64,000 bases of DNA from Bacillota bacterium (GCA_050952625.1 JBMNLH010000008.1:10293-74292), one strand, 5' to 3'. Shown: positions 39,443 through 50,130, counted from the first letter of the stretch. Notes: generated by a model from the sequence alone, not told the origin. Program-made: numbers and translations.

Positions 39443-40687
39443 TTAGCTAACGATGTTTCTCCCGCTCTTAACCAGCCCAAACCGATAGTACGCAGCACAA
39501 GCCCCTTCTGAAGAAACCATACACGGTCCAACCGGTCGCAATGGGGTGCAAGCTTGTCCGAAAGATGGGCAGTCACCCGGCAATTTTTGCCCCTTTAAGA
39601 TCGCGCCGCAAATACAACGCTGACGGTTATTTTTATTGTCCCCAGGATTAATTCCGGCACCAATTTCAGCCTTATCTCCTGAATCTTCTGGTAATTCCAC
39701 CATAGCGTCAGTTGATGACAGAACCACTCCTAGTTTCTGTGCCGCATCCCAGTCGGCAAATTCCGACCGCAGAGTTAGACCGCTCTCCGGGATAACTCCC
39801 AGACCTCGCCAACGCGCTGGGTTTGGCTGAAAAAACCGGTCCAGATATTCTCGGGCGATCGGATTTCCCTCCGGCCGTACCGCCCGCCGGTATTGGATAT
39901 CCACCTGCCATTTCTTGGAACGATATTGCTGTAGAATCAGCCAAATGGCCTCCAGAATATCGATCGGTTCAAACCCGGTGATCACACAGGGGCGTTTAAA
40001 TTCTTCAGCCACAAACCTAAACGGTTCAGATCCCAAAATAGTACAAACATGTCCTGGGTTAATCAGGGCATCAATCTTAACTTCTGGATCAGTTAGCAGT
40101 GCCCTTAGGGCTGGCGGAACCACCTTATGCAAGGATAAGACGGAGAAATTGCCCAACCCCCTCTGCCGAGCTTGTTCCACAACAACAGCGGTAGCCGGGG
40201 CCGTGGTTTCAAAACCAATCCCGATCATCACCACCTCAGAATCCGGGTTTTGCTCGGCTAATTGCAGGGCGTCCAGGCCGGAATAGACAACCTGAACCCG
40301 GGCCCCCTCGCCCCGTTTTTCCTGAAGGCAGCTTTGACTGCCGGGCACGCGAACCAGGTCACCATAAGTAGCAATTATGACCTCTGGCCGCATCGCTAAG
40401 TCAATGACCGCATCTAAATCAACCGTATCCGTGACGCAAACCGGACAGCCGGGCCCGGACAAAAGCTTGATATTTGCCGGCAGCAGTTCCCGAATTCCAC
40501 CCCGGGCAATGGCCACGGTGTGGGTGCCGCACACCTCCATGAGCGTCAGCGGTCGCTCAAGCTCCCGGGCCTGGCTGGTTATGGCCGCGATAATTTCTTT
40601 GGCTCGTTCTTTTTGAACCTGGTTTAACAATGGATTAACGACCCCCTCAGGATACAAACTCTTTATCTTTTTCCGCCCATTCTTCAA
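39443..40687 (-). CDS. hypD: HypD (true start probably TTG near 40630)
   Basis: MEVCGTHT, GPGCPVC, GFETT, PGHV, PCMVSSEGAC. Confidence 0.96.
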   Translation of the reverse strand: MKNGRKKIKSLYPEGVVNPLLNQVQKERAKEIIAAITSQARELERPLTLMEVCGTHTVAIARGGIRELLPANIKLLSGPGCPVCVTDTVDLDAVIDLAMRPEVIIATYGDLVRVPGSQSCLQEKRGEGARVQVVYSGLDALQLAEQNPDSEVVMIGIGFETTAPATAVVVEQARQRGLGNFSVLSLHKVVPPALRALLTDPEVKIDALINPGHVCTILGSEPFRFVAEEFKRPCVITGFEPIDILEAIWLILQQYRSKKWQVDIQYRRAVRPEGNPIAREYLDRFFQPNPARWRGLGVIPESGLTLRSEFADWDAAQKLGVVLSSTDAMVELPEDSGDKAEIGAGINPGDNKNNRQRCICGAILKGQKLPGDCPSFGQACTPLRPVGPCMVSSEGACAAYYRFGLVKSGRNIVS

Positions 40688-40880
40688 AGATCGCCAGCGT
40701 CTCCTGAGCCTCTGTTTCGTCGATTATCTGGATGGCGAACCCGGCGTGAACCAGGACATAATCACCGGGCTGGGCCTCCGGAGTCAGGATAATGCCCACC
40801 TGTCTACTATTACCGGCAATGTCTACGGTCGCCATGGGGCCATTAATCTCGATCACCTTGGCTGGAATTGCCAGACACAT
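40647..40880 (-). CDS. hypC: HypC
   Basis: MCLAIP...VLVHAGFA. Confidence 0.96.
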   Translation of the reverse strand: MCLAIPAKVIEINGPMATVDIAGNSRQVGIILTPEAQPGDYVLVHAGFAIQIIDETEAQETLAIFEEWAEKDKEFVS

Positions 40881-41046
40881 TATTAACCACCGTTCCTTTC
40901 TTCATGGACAAATATCCCAAAGAAATTCCTGTATCAATGATTCATGCCTAATAACTGCTTACGCAATTACCCCGGTCACCCGAACTTTAAACTGGACACG
41001 ATAAAAACTCGGCTGTTTGCTCTAAGATACTTAAAAGAAAAGCATA

Positions 41047-41243
41047 AGGCGTAAGGCGTGAGGTGCGCAACGATAAAGAATTGGGTGACACTGATCGACT
41101 CAAATATAATTACACATTACACGATAATTACACGGTAAGTCTGTTAGAGCCACCACCGCACAGCCTAAACGTCTGCCTAACTAACGCTTGTGTTATTCAC
41201 TCGGTCAACTGGCTAAACTGGGAACACCTCACGCCTTACGCCT
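41047..41243. repeat. 19-bp perfect inverted repeat of heptamer units
   Basis: AGGCGTAAGGCGTGAGGTG (41047-41065) / CACCTCACGCCTTACGCCT (41225-41243). Confidence 0.7.
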
Positions 41244-41274
41244 CACGCGGCTTAGGGCTTTTCAACCGGGATAA

Positions 41275-44067
41275 TTAACCTGTCCCCCGGTCCCTTAGAA
41301 CTTCCTGGGCGATGACCGCCTGCCCCAGCGATAACCCGCCATCGTTAGGCGGCACTAACTGATGCGTTAGAACCTCCAGACCTCTGGCCGGCAGTTGGGT
41401 CAGGAGCCCGGCCAAGAGGAGCCGGTTATGAAAAACTCCACCGCTCAGGGCCACCCGCGATATTCCGGTCTCCGTGCCTATTCGCTGGCAGGCCTGGGTG
41501 ATTCCCTCCACCATGGCCTGGTGGAAGCGCAAAGCAATGACCCCTCGATCAACCCCAGCTTGAAGATCCGTCAGCAAGGCCGTCCACAAGGGCAAAGGAT
41601 CCAGGCGGTACGGGACTGAATATGTTTTTTGGCTGAACGCCCCTTCCGAGTCCGAATTAACTTTGAAACCAGAACCAAAACCGGCACTATTACTTTGTGA
41701 ACCAGGCGTCTCTATCCTGCCCCGACAGTTTGGCCAAATGACCAACGGAGTTTCTCTATTGGCAAATGAGCACCCTGACTCTGCTATGTCCCGGCTGATC
41801 GAAACCAACGGGAAGGGATAAGGTTTGACCCCGGTTAAAAAATCCTGGATCTCCTCGTTCTCCTCTGTCTGAGACTGAGACTTAGACTGAGCCATTTCGA
41901 AACCGGTTTTACCAGCCAAACTCGGCTTACGCATCCTAGCCGCCTGTGTCGCCAAGGTTTCCAGTTCCACCGCGGCCTGCCCTTCATAACCCACCACCGG
42001 GCAAACTCCTAACAGGGCCGCCACCGCGTCGAATAGCCGGCCACAGCTGGAGGTGGTCCAGGTGTTGAATCCTCTGGCCAACTGCTGCAGTAAAATCGCT
42101 ACTTCTTCGTCAGAAATGGGTGGGGCAAACCGGTGTACCCAATCCCAGACTGCCTCTGGACCCAAAAGCTGGTGCAGGTAGGTCAGAGCCATTCGCACCG
42201 GCCGCCGGATGCTGGCCTCTCCGCCGGGTAAAGGCATGGGCCGCAAACTGGCCAACCGGCTAAAGCCTCGATAGTCACCGGCCAAAAACTCAAATCCCCA
42301 GAAGGTTCCGTCAGTGCCGTACCCAGTCCCGTCACAGATTACCCCCAGAACTGGTCCCTTTGCCTGGTTTTCCGCCAGACAACTGGCTAAATGGGCATGG
42401 TGGTGTTGGATGCCTACTCGGATTAAGTCTTCCCGGCCTCGCGCGTAACGACTCGCGGCATAATCCGGGTGCAGATCAAAAGCAATTGCCTTAGGCACAA
42501 CCTCTAACATTTTCTCCAGGCGAGGAATTGCTTCGAGAAACTGCTGGTAATTACCCCAGTGGTTAAGGTCACCCAGGTGCTGACTGAGATAAGCCTCATG
42601 CTTTCTGGTCAAACAGAAGGTATTCTTTAACTCGCCGCCAACTCCCAAAACCGAAGGCCCTTCTTCTACCAAAACAACTGGGAAAGGAACATAGCCCCGA
42701 GCCCGGCGCGAAAACTGCTTTCTCCCCCCAATAATTCGGACCAGGGAATCGTCGCAACGATTTTGAATATCCCGATTATGCACCAGAAAATAGTCAGCTA
42801 TCTTCTCTAAACGAGTAATTGCTTCCTGATTATCCGTGACCAACGGATCGTCACTGAGATTTGCACTAGTCATCACCAGCAGTTCCAGTCCTTCCTCAAA
42901 CATCAGGTGATGCAGGGGAGTATACGGCAACATCAACCCCAGAGTGTTTAAGCCGGGGGTTAAATAGGTTAAAGGCAGTCGCGGCTGCTGGATCTCATTT
43001 TCGTTGATATTCAGAATAACAATGGGACCGGCTGGCTCAGTAAGCAACTGTTCCTCCGCCGCTGAAATCTGACAGAACTCTCTCGCGGTGTCCAGATCCC
43101 GGGCCATCACCGCAAATGGTTTATACTCCCGCCGCTTCCGCTGCCGCAACAAGCGCACCGCGTCCGGGTTTAAGGCATCGCAGGCCAAATGAAACCCGCC
43201 CAGCCCCTTAATCGCCAGAATATACCCGGCTCGCAGGAGTCGCCGGGCTTCTTGCATCAGCAACTGAAAATTCGTTGTCTGGTGAGCCGGATCACCGGAG
43301 TAAGCATTGACTATGGCTAACGCTGGCCGCCGGTCGGTCCTAACTGCTGGATCAACCCGGGAAATCGATTCGGCAACAACACTCGAAAGATCAACTTTCC
43401 TCCCGGCCTGATCCAGAAGTTGCAGCGATGGGCCGCAGTCTGGGCAGGCATTAGGTTGAGCGTGAAAACGCCGGTGCCCGGGGTTTGCGTATTCTGCCTG
43501 ACAGCGCGAGCACATCAGAAACTGCCGCATTGTAGTATTTCGGCGATCATAAGGGACATCCTGGATGATGGTATAGCGAGGTCCGCAGTTAGTACAATTG
43601 GTAAAGGGATACTGATACCGTGGATCAGCCGGGTCCATAATTTCTCGGTAGCAATCCGCACAAGTTGCCACATCAGGAGAAATAAGCACCTCTTTGCTTT
43701 TTTTCGCCAGACTGTGCCGAATCGTAAAACCCTGGTACCCCTGGGCTGCTTCCTGAGTTACCTCCTGTTGTAAAATCCGCGCCAAACGCGGCGGCCGGTT
43801 TAAAACTTCCTGACAAAAGGCAGCTACTCGGCTAGGCTCCCCCTCAACCCAGACCTCCAAACCTTCTGATGAATTAAGTACCCAGCCAGCCAGTTGATGC
43901 TTTTCCGCCAGACGATAAACCAGGGGCCGAAAACCAACACCCTGAACCACTCCAGCCAGATGTAGTTTTCGAGCCACCACTGCCGGGGGTTCGGTAGCCC
44001 GCAGCGGCCGATCCAGTATCTGCCCTGAACCAGCAACATTTTCTTTTATCCGGGCTGTTCTATCCAT
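41275..44067 (-). CDS. hypF: carbamoyltransferase HypF
   Basis: GVVQGVGFRP, CTNCGPRY, QHHHAH, PPNDGGLSLGQ. Confidence 0.96.
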   Translation of the reverse strand: MDRTARIKENVAGSGQILDRPLRATEPPAVVARKLHLAGVVQGVGFRPLVYRLAEKHQLAGWVLNSSEGLEVWVEGEPSRVAAFCQEVLNRPPRLARILQQEVTQEAAQGYQGFTIRHSLAKKSKEVLISPDVATCADCYREIMDPADPRYQYPFTNCTNCGPRYTIIQDVPYDRRNTTMRQFLMCSRCQAEYANPGHRRFHAQPNACPDCGPSLQLLDQAGRKVDLSSVVAESISRVDPAVRTDRRPALAIVNAYSGDPAHQTTNFQLLMQEARRLLRAGYILAIKGLGGFHLACDALNPDAVRLLRQRKRREYKPFAVMARDLDTAREFCQISAAEEQLLTEPAGPIVILNINENEIQQPRLPLTYLTPGLNTLGLMLPYTPLHHLMFEEGLELLVMTSANLSDDPLVTDNQEAITRLEKIADYFLVHNRDIQNRCDDSLVRIIGGRKQFSRRARGYVPFPVVLVEEGPSVLGVGGELKNTFCLTRKHEAYLSQHLGDLNHWGNYQQFLEAIPRLEKMLEVVPKAIAFDLHPDYAASRYARGREDLIRVGIQHHHAHLASCLAENQAKGPVLGVICDGTGYGTDGTFWGFEFLAGDYRGFSRLASLRPMPLPGGEASIRRPVRMALTYLHQLLGPEAVWDWVHRFAPPISDEEVAILLQQLARGFNTWTTSSCGRLFDAVAALLGVCPVVGYEGQAAVELETLATQAARMRKPSLAGKTGFEMAQSKSQSQTEENEEIQDFLTGVKPYPFPLVSISRDIAESGCSFANRETPLVIWPNCRGRIETPGSQSNSAGFGSGFKVNSDSEGAFSQKTYSVPYRLDPLPLWTALLTDLQAGVDRGVIALRFHQAMVEGITQACQRIGTETGISRVALSGGVFHNRLLLAGLLTQLPARGLEVLTHQLVPPNDGGLSLGQAVIAQEVLRDRGTG

Positions 44068-44130
44068 AAATCTTATACTGCCTCTCCGTAATTAAATAGT
44101 ATCATACTTAATAAATAGTATCATATTCAA

Positions 44131-44601
44131 TCATCCAGATCGCGTTCCGTGCTCCACTTCCTCTACAACTAATTCCAGCAACCGTGGGAAAACGGCTTGC
44201 ACTGGTTCGGTCAATTCTAGGCCCCAGTCAATCGTCTGCGGTTCGACTCCGAAGATAATTGTTTGTGGCCGATGACCCAGTTTTTCCGCTAAATCCAGGA
44301 CCTCTAAAAACCCCACCTGGTGTAAAGACAGGGACTGCTCTTTAAATTGCCCCATAACCGCCGGCGTTAACCGGTAGATGGCTCCTGGCTGACCGCCCCC
44401 TTTGACGGCATCAATAACCACCAGGTGCTGCGCCTCTCCTATATAAGGCAGCAAATCAACCCCGGCTGTCCCTCCATCAAGCAAATCTACGCCCTCCGGA
44501 AACGTCCGTTCCTGAAGTGCCCGAATCGCATGGACCCCCACTCCATCATCCTGAAGCAAGATATTGCCGACACCTAAAATCAACACCCGAGATTTAAACA
44601 A
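44131..44601 (-). CDS. hydrogenase maturation protease
   Basis: GVGNILLQDDGVG, DGGT, SLHQ. Confidence 0.94.
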   Translation of the reverse strand: MFKSRVLILGVGNILLQDDGVGVHAIRALQERTFPEGVDLLDGGTAGVDLLPYIGEAQHLVVIDAVKGGGQPGAIYRLTPAVMGQFKEQSLSLHQVGFLEVLDLAEKLGHRPQTIIFGVEPQTIDWGLELTEPVQAVFPRLLELVVEEVEHGTRSG

Positions 44602-44923
44602 TCAATTCTCACCTCACCTCTCATTATTATCAGTTTAGACATCATGCTTTCGACGCGGCTTTCCAGGAGGCCACCCAGTCTGGTTTCATTATCAGTTTAG
44701 ACACCCTATACTGCTCAGGATGGCCCTAGCAGTTCATGAAAAACAACAAATCCCGCCGCACCTATTTATTAACATGGCAAATACAGGTTACAACGCAAAC
44801 TGCTAATTATTTCAGAGTAACAAGAATAAGCCGGCCGGGTTTATCGTTTATTCCCGTCGAGACCCGAACCGGCTTTTTTAAAATTATCTAAAAATTATGA
44901 TATAATAAAGCAACTGCTCTGGG

Positions 44924-45556
44924 CTAACCCTTCTGGGAACGCGGAATCTTTACGTCAGCATGGAAATCTGCTGGGATCTTACCGGTAAACATGGACTTGA
45001 GTACCGGCAGTCCTTCAGCGAGATCCAGATAGACGTGAACCATTATACTGAGTACAAATAGCCAAGTGACACAGTAATGGATCATCCGAATTACCAAAGG
45101 TCCGCCCAGGGCAGCCGCCCAACCAGCCAGCGGGCCAGGCAGATAAAGGATAAACCCGGTGATCACCTGAATAATGATCATAAACAGGACACCGGTATAC
45201 ATCAGCTTCTGACCGGGATTGTATTTGCCGTAATCCGGGTGTTTGTCCCGGATAAACAGGTAGTACATTGCCAAACTACCGAAATCCTTAATGTCCGACA
45301 GGCGGAACCAAACATTGCGGTAATCCTTGGTGTAAATGCCATACCAGACCCGGCCGATGGTGCTAAAGAGCAGGACGTACATAAAGACAAAGTGGATCGT
45401 TCGGGCGGTATCCATTGTGCTAAACAAGGTAAACTGCAAAGGGCTATGGATGTAAAACCCGGTCAAAATCAGCAGGGTGATTGAGATCATATTGGCCCAG
45501 TGAAACACCCGAATCGCAGCCGGATGCCGCAGGATCATTTTGGATTTAACTGACAT
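44924..45556 (-). CDS. [NiFe] hydrogenase cytochrome b subunit
   Basis: RVFHW, IH, YNPGQK, IHY...VHVY haem ligands. Confidence 0.93.
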   Translation of the reverse strand: MSVKSKMILRHPAAIRVFHWANMISITLLILTGFYIHSPLQFTLFSTMDTARTIHFVFMYVLLFSTIGRVWYGIYTKDYRNVWFRLSDIKDFGSLAMYYLFIRDKHPDYGKYNPGQKLMYTGVLFMIIIQVITGFILYLPGPLAGWAAALGGPLVIRMIHYCVTWLFVLSIMVHVYLDLAEGLPVLKSMFTGKIPADFHADVKIPRSQKG

Positions 45557-45570
45557 ACTCCTCCCCCCTA

Positions 45571-47028
45571 CTAATAGACTTGGTACTCAGTAAGTACCTT
45601 CTTGTCCGGGGTCATCAAGTGAATGGCACATCCGAAACAGGGGTCAAAAGCCCGCACAATCCGTACCAGTTCGATCGGGTTTTGAGGATCTTTGACAGCA
45701 GTGCCCACCAGAGCCTCTTCCATAGGCCCCCGCTGCCCTTTTTCATCCCGAGGCGCGGCATTCCAGGTGGTCGGAACAACGGCATTGTATTTGGCCGTAA
45801 CGCCATTTTCGATCTTGATCCAGTGGCCGAGTGCTCCACGCGGCCCTTCGGTCAGACCCATACCCTGACCCTCTTCTGGTACAATGTGCGGCGTGCAGGA
45901 CGGCTGACCCGGCTGTAATTGCAGAACCCATTGCTCCATGGCTTTCGCGACTTCCAGACACTCAACTGCCCGAGCAAAGTGCCGGCCCATAACGGAAAAG
46001 GCCTTATCGCCCAAAGCGCGAACTGCTTCATTTTTACCGACCCACATCCGAGCCAGCGGGCCGACCTCCATCGGGTGGCCATCATACCGGGGTGCCTTTA
46101 ACCAGGAATACGCCCCTTGTTTCTTCGGATCAGGCTTGACAACACTCACACTTGGGTGGTTACCGCCAGTATCATCATGATACCAAGAGTATTTTACTTC
46201 TTCCGTAATTAGCTCTGGCGTGATCGCGACGTCTTTCCCCTGAATGTACGCGCCACGTTTGAAGAAACCATTGGCCCCCTGCGGATCCGCTGCACTCTGC
46301 GGAAAAGCGCCGTAGGACAGCATATTCTTGCAGCCCACGCCGACTGATAGGTAATCCGGGTAAACCTGGGCTACTGCTTGAACGGTTGGGACATAGACAT
46401 TTTCAATGAAAGCCCTGAGTTCCTTTAAACGATAAGTAAAGTCAATCACCTTCTGCGCGTCCACGATTTCGGCGGCCCCACCGGGCACAATTGTCTGAGG
46501 ATGCGGGGCACGGCCTCCCCAAATCGCCATCATTTCATGCGCTTTTTTCCGCATATCCAGGGCTTGGACATATTGATTAGCCGCAGCTTTGTTTACCTCA
46601 TCCGGCAGACGGTACTCACCGGCCACCTCATAACGCGGGACAAAAGGAGCCACCCCCAGGCCAGCCCGCACAATATCCACATAGTCCAGAGCGGCTAAAT
46701 GATAGAAATGCAAAATATGCGACTGAATAAAATTCGAGCCCAAAATCAAATTGCGGATAATCCGGCCATTATCAGGGACTTCTAATTTAAAGGCATCGTC
46801 TAGGGCCAGCGTTGAGGCGGTGGCATGCGAAACCGGGCAGACCCCACAAATTCGCATCACAAACTGCTGGGCATCCCGCGGATCGCGCCCCTGCAGAATT
46901 AACTCAATTCCCCGGAACAAAGCCCCGGAGGTCCGGGCATCAACCACCTTGCCGCCATCGACTTCCACCTCAATCTTCAGGTGGCCTTCGATCCGAGTTA
47001 CCGGATCAACAATAATCTTCTGCGCCAT
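45571..47028 (-). CDS. [NiFe] hydrogenase large subunit (group 1)
   Basis: DPVTRIEGH, RICGVC, FDPCFGCAIH plus a cleavable tail. Confidence 0.96.
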   Translation of the reverse strand: MAQKIIVDPVTRIEGHLKIEVEVDGGKVVDARTSGALFRGIELILQGRDPRDAQQFVMRICGVCPVSHATASTLALDDAFKLEVPDNGRIIRNLILGSNFIQSHILHFYHLAALDYVDIVRAGLGVAPFVPRYEVAGEYRLPDEVNKAAANQYVQALDMRKKAHEMMAIWGGRAPHPQTIVPGGAAEIVDAQKVIDFTYRLKELRAFIENVYVPTVQAVAQVYPDYLSVGVGCKNMLSYGAFPQSAADPQGANGFFKRGAYIQGKDVAITPELITEEVKYSWYHDDTGGNHPSVSVVKPDPKKQGAYSWLKAPRYDGHPMEVGPLARMWVGKNEAVRALGDKAFSVMGRHFARAVECLEVAKAMEQWVLQLQPGQPSCTPHIVPEEGQGMGLTEGPRGALGHWIKIENGVTAKYNAVVPTTWNAAPRDEKGQRGPMEEALVGTAVKDPQNPIELVRIVRAFDPCFGCAIHLMTPDKKVLTEYQVY

Positions 47029-48080
47029 TAGTTGTCACCCTCTTTCTCTTCGTGCTTGCCTGGAATACGACCGGTAGCCACATTGCCAATCAAATGGCCG
47101 CCGATTCCCGCCAGCGTCAGAGCACCCAAGGCAATCCCAACTGTATCGGCACTAACCTTGGTTTGGGGCCCCAAAGAAAACTCAGGTAACCGTTTGTAAA
47201 CTGGTCCATCGGGGAAGCTGGGTTCGGTGCAGCCAATGCAGGGGCCGCCGCACATAATACAGGAATTAACCGCATTATTCCACTTGCGGTAGGTCGCATC
47301 GCAGTGGGCATAGGGTCCGCGGCAGCCAACCTCTAGGAGGCAGCCAGGTTCACTGAAGTTGCGGGTAAAAATGCCGTTATCAAAGAACTGCCGTCGGGGG
47401 CAATTATCATGAATTATCCCGCCAAAGAACATGGTCGGCCGGCCAAATTTATCTAACTCTGGCAGATCCTTGTATAACAGGATATGAGCGATGGTCCCAA
47501 CGATCCAATCCGGATGCGGAGGACAGCCTGGGATATTAATAATTGGTTTGCCCTGTAAAATCTCGGATACCGGGACGCAGCCGGTTGGATTGGGATCGGC
47601 AGCCGGAATCCCACCGTAAGCAGAACAAGTGCCGACATTAATCACTGCAGCTGCTTTTTGGCCAATTTCCTGGACTAAATTGGCGAAGGTAATGGGTTGT
47701 CCATCGTGAGTTTCCCCGACAGTGCAATAGATACCTTCGTCTTTTAACGGAACCGCGCCTTCGACCACCAGGTAGAATTCACCCGCTTTATCCTCTGCGG
47801 TCTTCTTCATGGTTTCCATAGCCAGTTCTCCGGCTGCTCCCATCACATTGGAATGGTACTTCAGACTAATAACGTTGAGCAGTACTTCCTTGATGTCGGG
47901 ATGCACCGTGTTTAATAGGGATATTGAGCAGCCGGTACATGCCGCTCCCTGCAACCAAATGACCGCCGGATTTTCCGCAGCCACTGCCTCCTTCAGAAAA
48001 GGAGCCAGAAACCCGGACATACTAATAGTTGCCGCCCCTCCAGCGCACAACTTCAAAAAATCCCGGCGACTGAGTGCCAT
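47028..48080 (-). CDS. [NiFe] hydrogenase small subunit, Tat-exported, with C-terminal membrane anchor
   Basis: SRRDFLK, CTGCS, PGCPPHP, HDNCPRR. Confidence 0.96.
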   Translation of the reverse strand: MALSRRDFLKLCAGGAATISMSGFLAPFLKEAVAAENPAVIWLQGAACTGCSISLLNTVHPDIKEVLLNVISLKYHSNVMGAAGELAMETMKKTAEDKAGEFYLVVEGAVPLKDEGIYCTVGETHDGQPITFANLVQEIGQKAAAVINVGTCSAYGGIPAADPNPTGCVPVSEILQGKPIINIPGCPPHPDWIVGTIAHILLYKDLPELDKFGRPTMFFGGIIHDNCPRRQFFDNGIFTRNFSEPGCLLEVGCRGPYAHCDATYRKWNNAVNSCIMCGGPCIGCTEPSFPDGPVYKRLPEFSLGPQTKVSADTVGIALGALTLAGIGGHLIGNVATGRIPGKHEEKEGDN

Positions 48081-48544
48081 ACTTTTCCCTCCCTACACTA
48101 AATTCTCTCGGGTTCTAATCTTTTAAATCTTTCGGATGATAACTAAGACTTACAAATTTTGTTTAGGCTATCCGATCATTAGATAATCAGACAACCCCTT
48201 TATCGCCCCCTTTCATAGTTCACCTTTAACTCAAAACCAGCAACCAGTTAATTCAGTTAGGTTAAATTAAAATTAATTTAAACCGGATAAAGTTTGTGAC
48301 AATAATATCTTTCACTAATACCATTGCTTCGCTAAGCTCCGCAGTGGTTATTCCATTATCTGCGGTGGGGGCAAACTCCCTCACCGCAGTCATAAAATTT
48401 GGCCAACATTAACTAAGATCACTTATTAATTAACGCATGCGATAAACGCAGGGCAACCACCCATATGCATTAAACAAAACTATCGATGGAAATACTTGTT
48501 TCGCATCTTAAGGTATATATAATCATACCTATCAACCATTATTT

Positions 48545-49225
48545 CTATTTTGGGGACTGGTTCTTAACCATAACTGTGTCTACCAGCCACTGGCACCACT
48601 CAGCGATGCCTTCACCGGTTTTGGCCGATACCGGAAAGACCTTTGCCTGAGGATTCAGTTCGGCCAGATCTTTGCCTAAGACATCCAGACTAAAATCAGT
48701 GTACGGCTGCAAATCCAGCTTATTCACCAAAATGGCTCTAGATTCCCGAAACATTAACGGATACTTGGTTGGTTTATCATTTCCCTCGGTAACACTGATC
48801 ACCATGGCCTTAAGGTCTTCCCCCAGATCGAATTCAGCCGGACAAACCAGGTTCCCGACATTCTCAATGACTAACAGGTCTAGCTCATTCAGGGGCAGAT
48901 TCTGCACTGACCGCAAGATCATATTAGCGTCTAGATGACAGGCCCCATCTGTATTAATTTGCACCACTGGTATTCCGTGGGCAGCGATCCGCTCTGCGTC
49001 CCGGGTCGTGCAAATATCCCCTTCAACAACGCCTACCCGCAACTGATCACCTAAGGTCTCAATCGTCTTCTCCAGGATCGTCGTTTTACCGGCTCCTGGA
49101 GCACTCATCAAATTAAGAACAAAAACACCTTTGCGCGCAAATAACTGTCGATTTTGTTCGGCAATGGCTGTGTTGGCATCTAAAATGTTGCTGACTAATT
49201 CAACTTTCAATTGTTTATCCCTCAC
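48545..49225 (-). CDS. hypB: HypB GTPase
   Basis: SAPGAGKT, GACHLDA, ENVGNLVCP. Confidence 0.96.
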   Translation of the reverse strand: MRDKQLKVELVSNILDANTAIAEQNRQLFARKGVFVLNLMSAPGAGKTTILEKTIETLGDQLRVGVVEGDICTTRDAERIAAHGIPVVQINTDGACHLDANMILRSVQNLPLNELDLLVIENVGNLVCPAEFDLGEDLKAMVISVTEGNDKPTKYPLMFRESRAILVNKLDLQPYTDFSLDVLGKDLAELNPQAKVFPVSAKTGEGIAEWCQWLVDTVMVKNQSPK

Positions 49226-49488
49226 TTTTTTATTTACTTCTATTATCTGTTTTGAACTTATCTGTTTTGAACTGTCTTGCTGTCTTGTCCAAAACCGGTC
49301 CCTTTATTCGCTTTATACCTTATCAGTCCTGGCATCTTCTAAACACTTGTCAGGCGGCCAAAGATGATTTTATCACCTAGACAATCATACTCCTATTATA
49401 TCACTTTTGTTAATAATATTTATAACAGATATTTATACATTAAGGCAAAGACCATAACTTATTAAAAACTTTAAAAGCTTTTAATAAA

Positions 49489-49833
49489 CTAATCCCCCTC
49501 ATAATAATCAACGTAAAGTTCACGGCCGCCTTCTATTAGATTGTTTGAACCGGCACACTCAGGGCAAACAAAACGGTAGCCATCCACCGGGTAGAGGGTG
49601 CCACAGGCTAGACAGCGGACGGTGATTTCTTTTTCCTCAATTTCTAAAATCGCCCCTTTCAACCAGGTTTCTGTTTCCGAGAATACCTCAAAAGCAAACC
49701 GCAGAGAATCCGGCTGGGCCGCGGTCATCTGACCAACAACTAACTTAACAAAAGAAACCTTTTTGATCCCTTCTCGTTGTACACTTTCCCGCAGGATCCG
49801 AACTACCTGTTGCATTAAGCCCAGTTCGTGCAA
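49489..49833 (-). CDS. hypA: HypA nickel chaperone
   Basis: MHE start; two CxxC motifs; GREL. Confidence 0.96.
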   Translation of the reverse strand: MHELGLMQQVVRILRESVQREGIKKVSFVKLVVGQMTAAQPDSLRFAFEVFSETETWLKGAILEIEEKEITVRCLACGTLYPVDGYRFVCPECAGSNNLIEGGRELYVDYYEGD

Positions 49834-49945
49834 AAAATTTTCACTCCCTCACCAGATTACGGTCCCGTCAGACATTAAATTCAGACATTAAACATTCCCA
49901 TTATTCCAAAAACAACTCAATTCAAAATTAAATATTTCGTATACT

Positions 49946-49980
49946 AACAAAACCGACTCCCTTTATTTAAAGGAGCCGGT
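49946..49980 (-). terminator. intrinsic terminator downstream of the Moco riboswitch
   Basis: ACCGGCTCCTTT-AAAT-AAAGGGAGTCGGT-TTTGTT. Confidence 0.8.
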
Positions 49981-50007
49981 CCACGCCAAAATAAATGGCC
50001 AAAATCT

Positions 50008-50130
50008 ACTCCTTTCCAAAAGGGAGGCGCATCCGTTTCCGTCTGACCTGCCACAGCCATTAATGCACCCTGTCGGCCATCCTCCCATGAAACCGAAAAA
50101 TCGGTCTTTTAGGCTAGAATGGCTCGGAGA
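50008..50130 (-). ncRNA. Moco RNA motif (molybdenum-cofactor riboswitch, P3-containing)
   Basis: CUCCGAG...CCUAA...CAUGG, P3 GCCGACAG/CUGUGGC, GAAA tetraloop, GCCUCCC..GGAAAGGAG 3' end. Confidence 0.85.

Noticed and set aside
41620-41940. Intein in HypF
   Set aside because: No Cys/Ser start with His-Asn end and no splicing blocks visible
45637-45639. Selenocysteine in the hydrogenase large subunit
   Set aside because: The codon is TGT (Cys)
48290-49430. Rex operators upstream of the hydrogenase genes and hypB
   Set aside because: TTGTGA and TTGTTAA half-sites are present, but spacing and second halves do not fit the 18-bp palindrome
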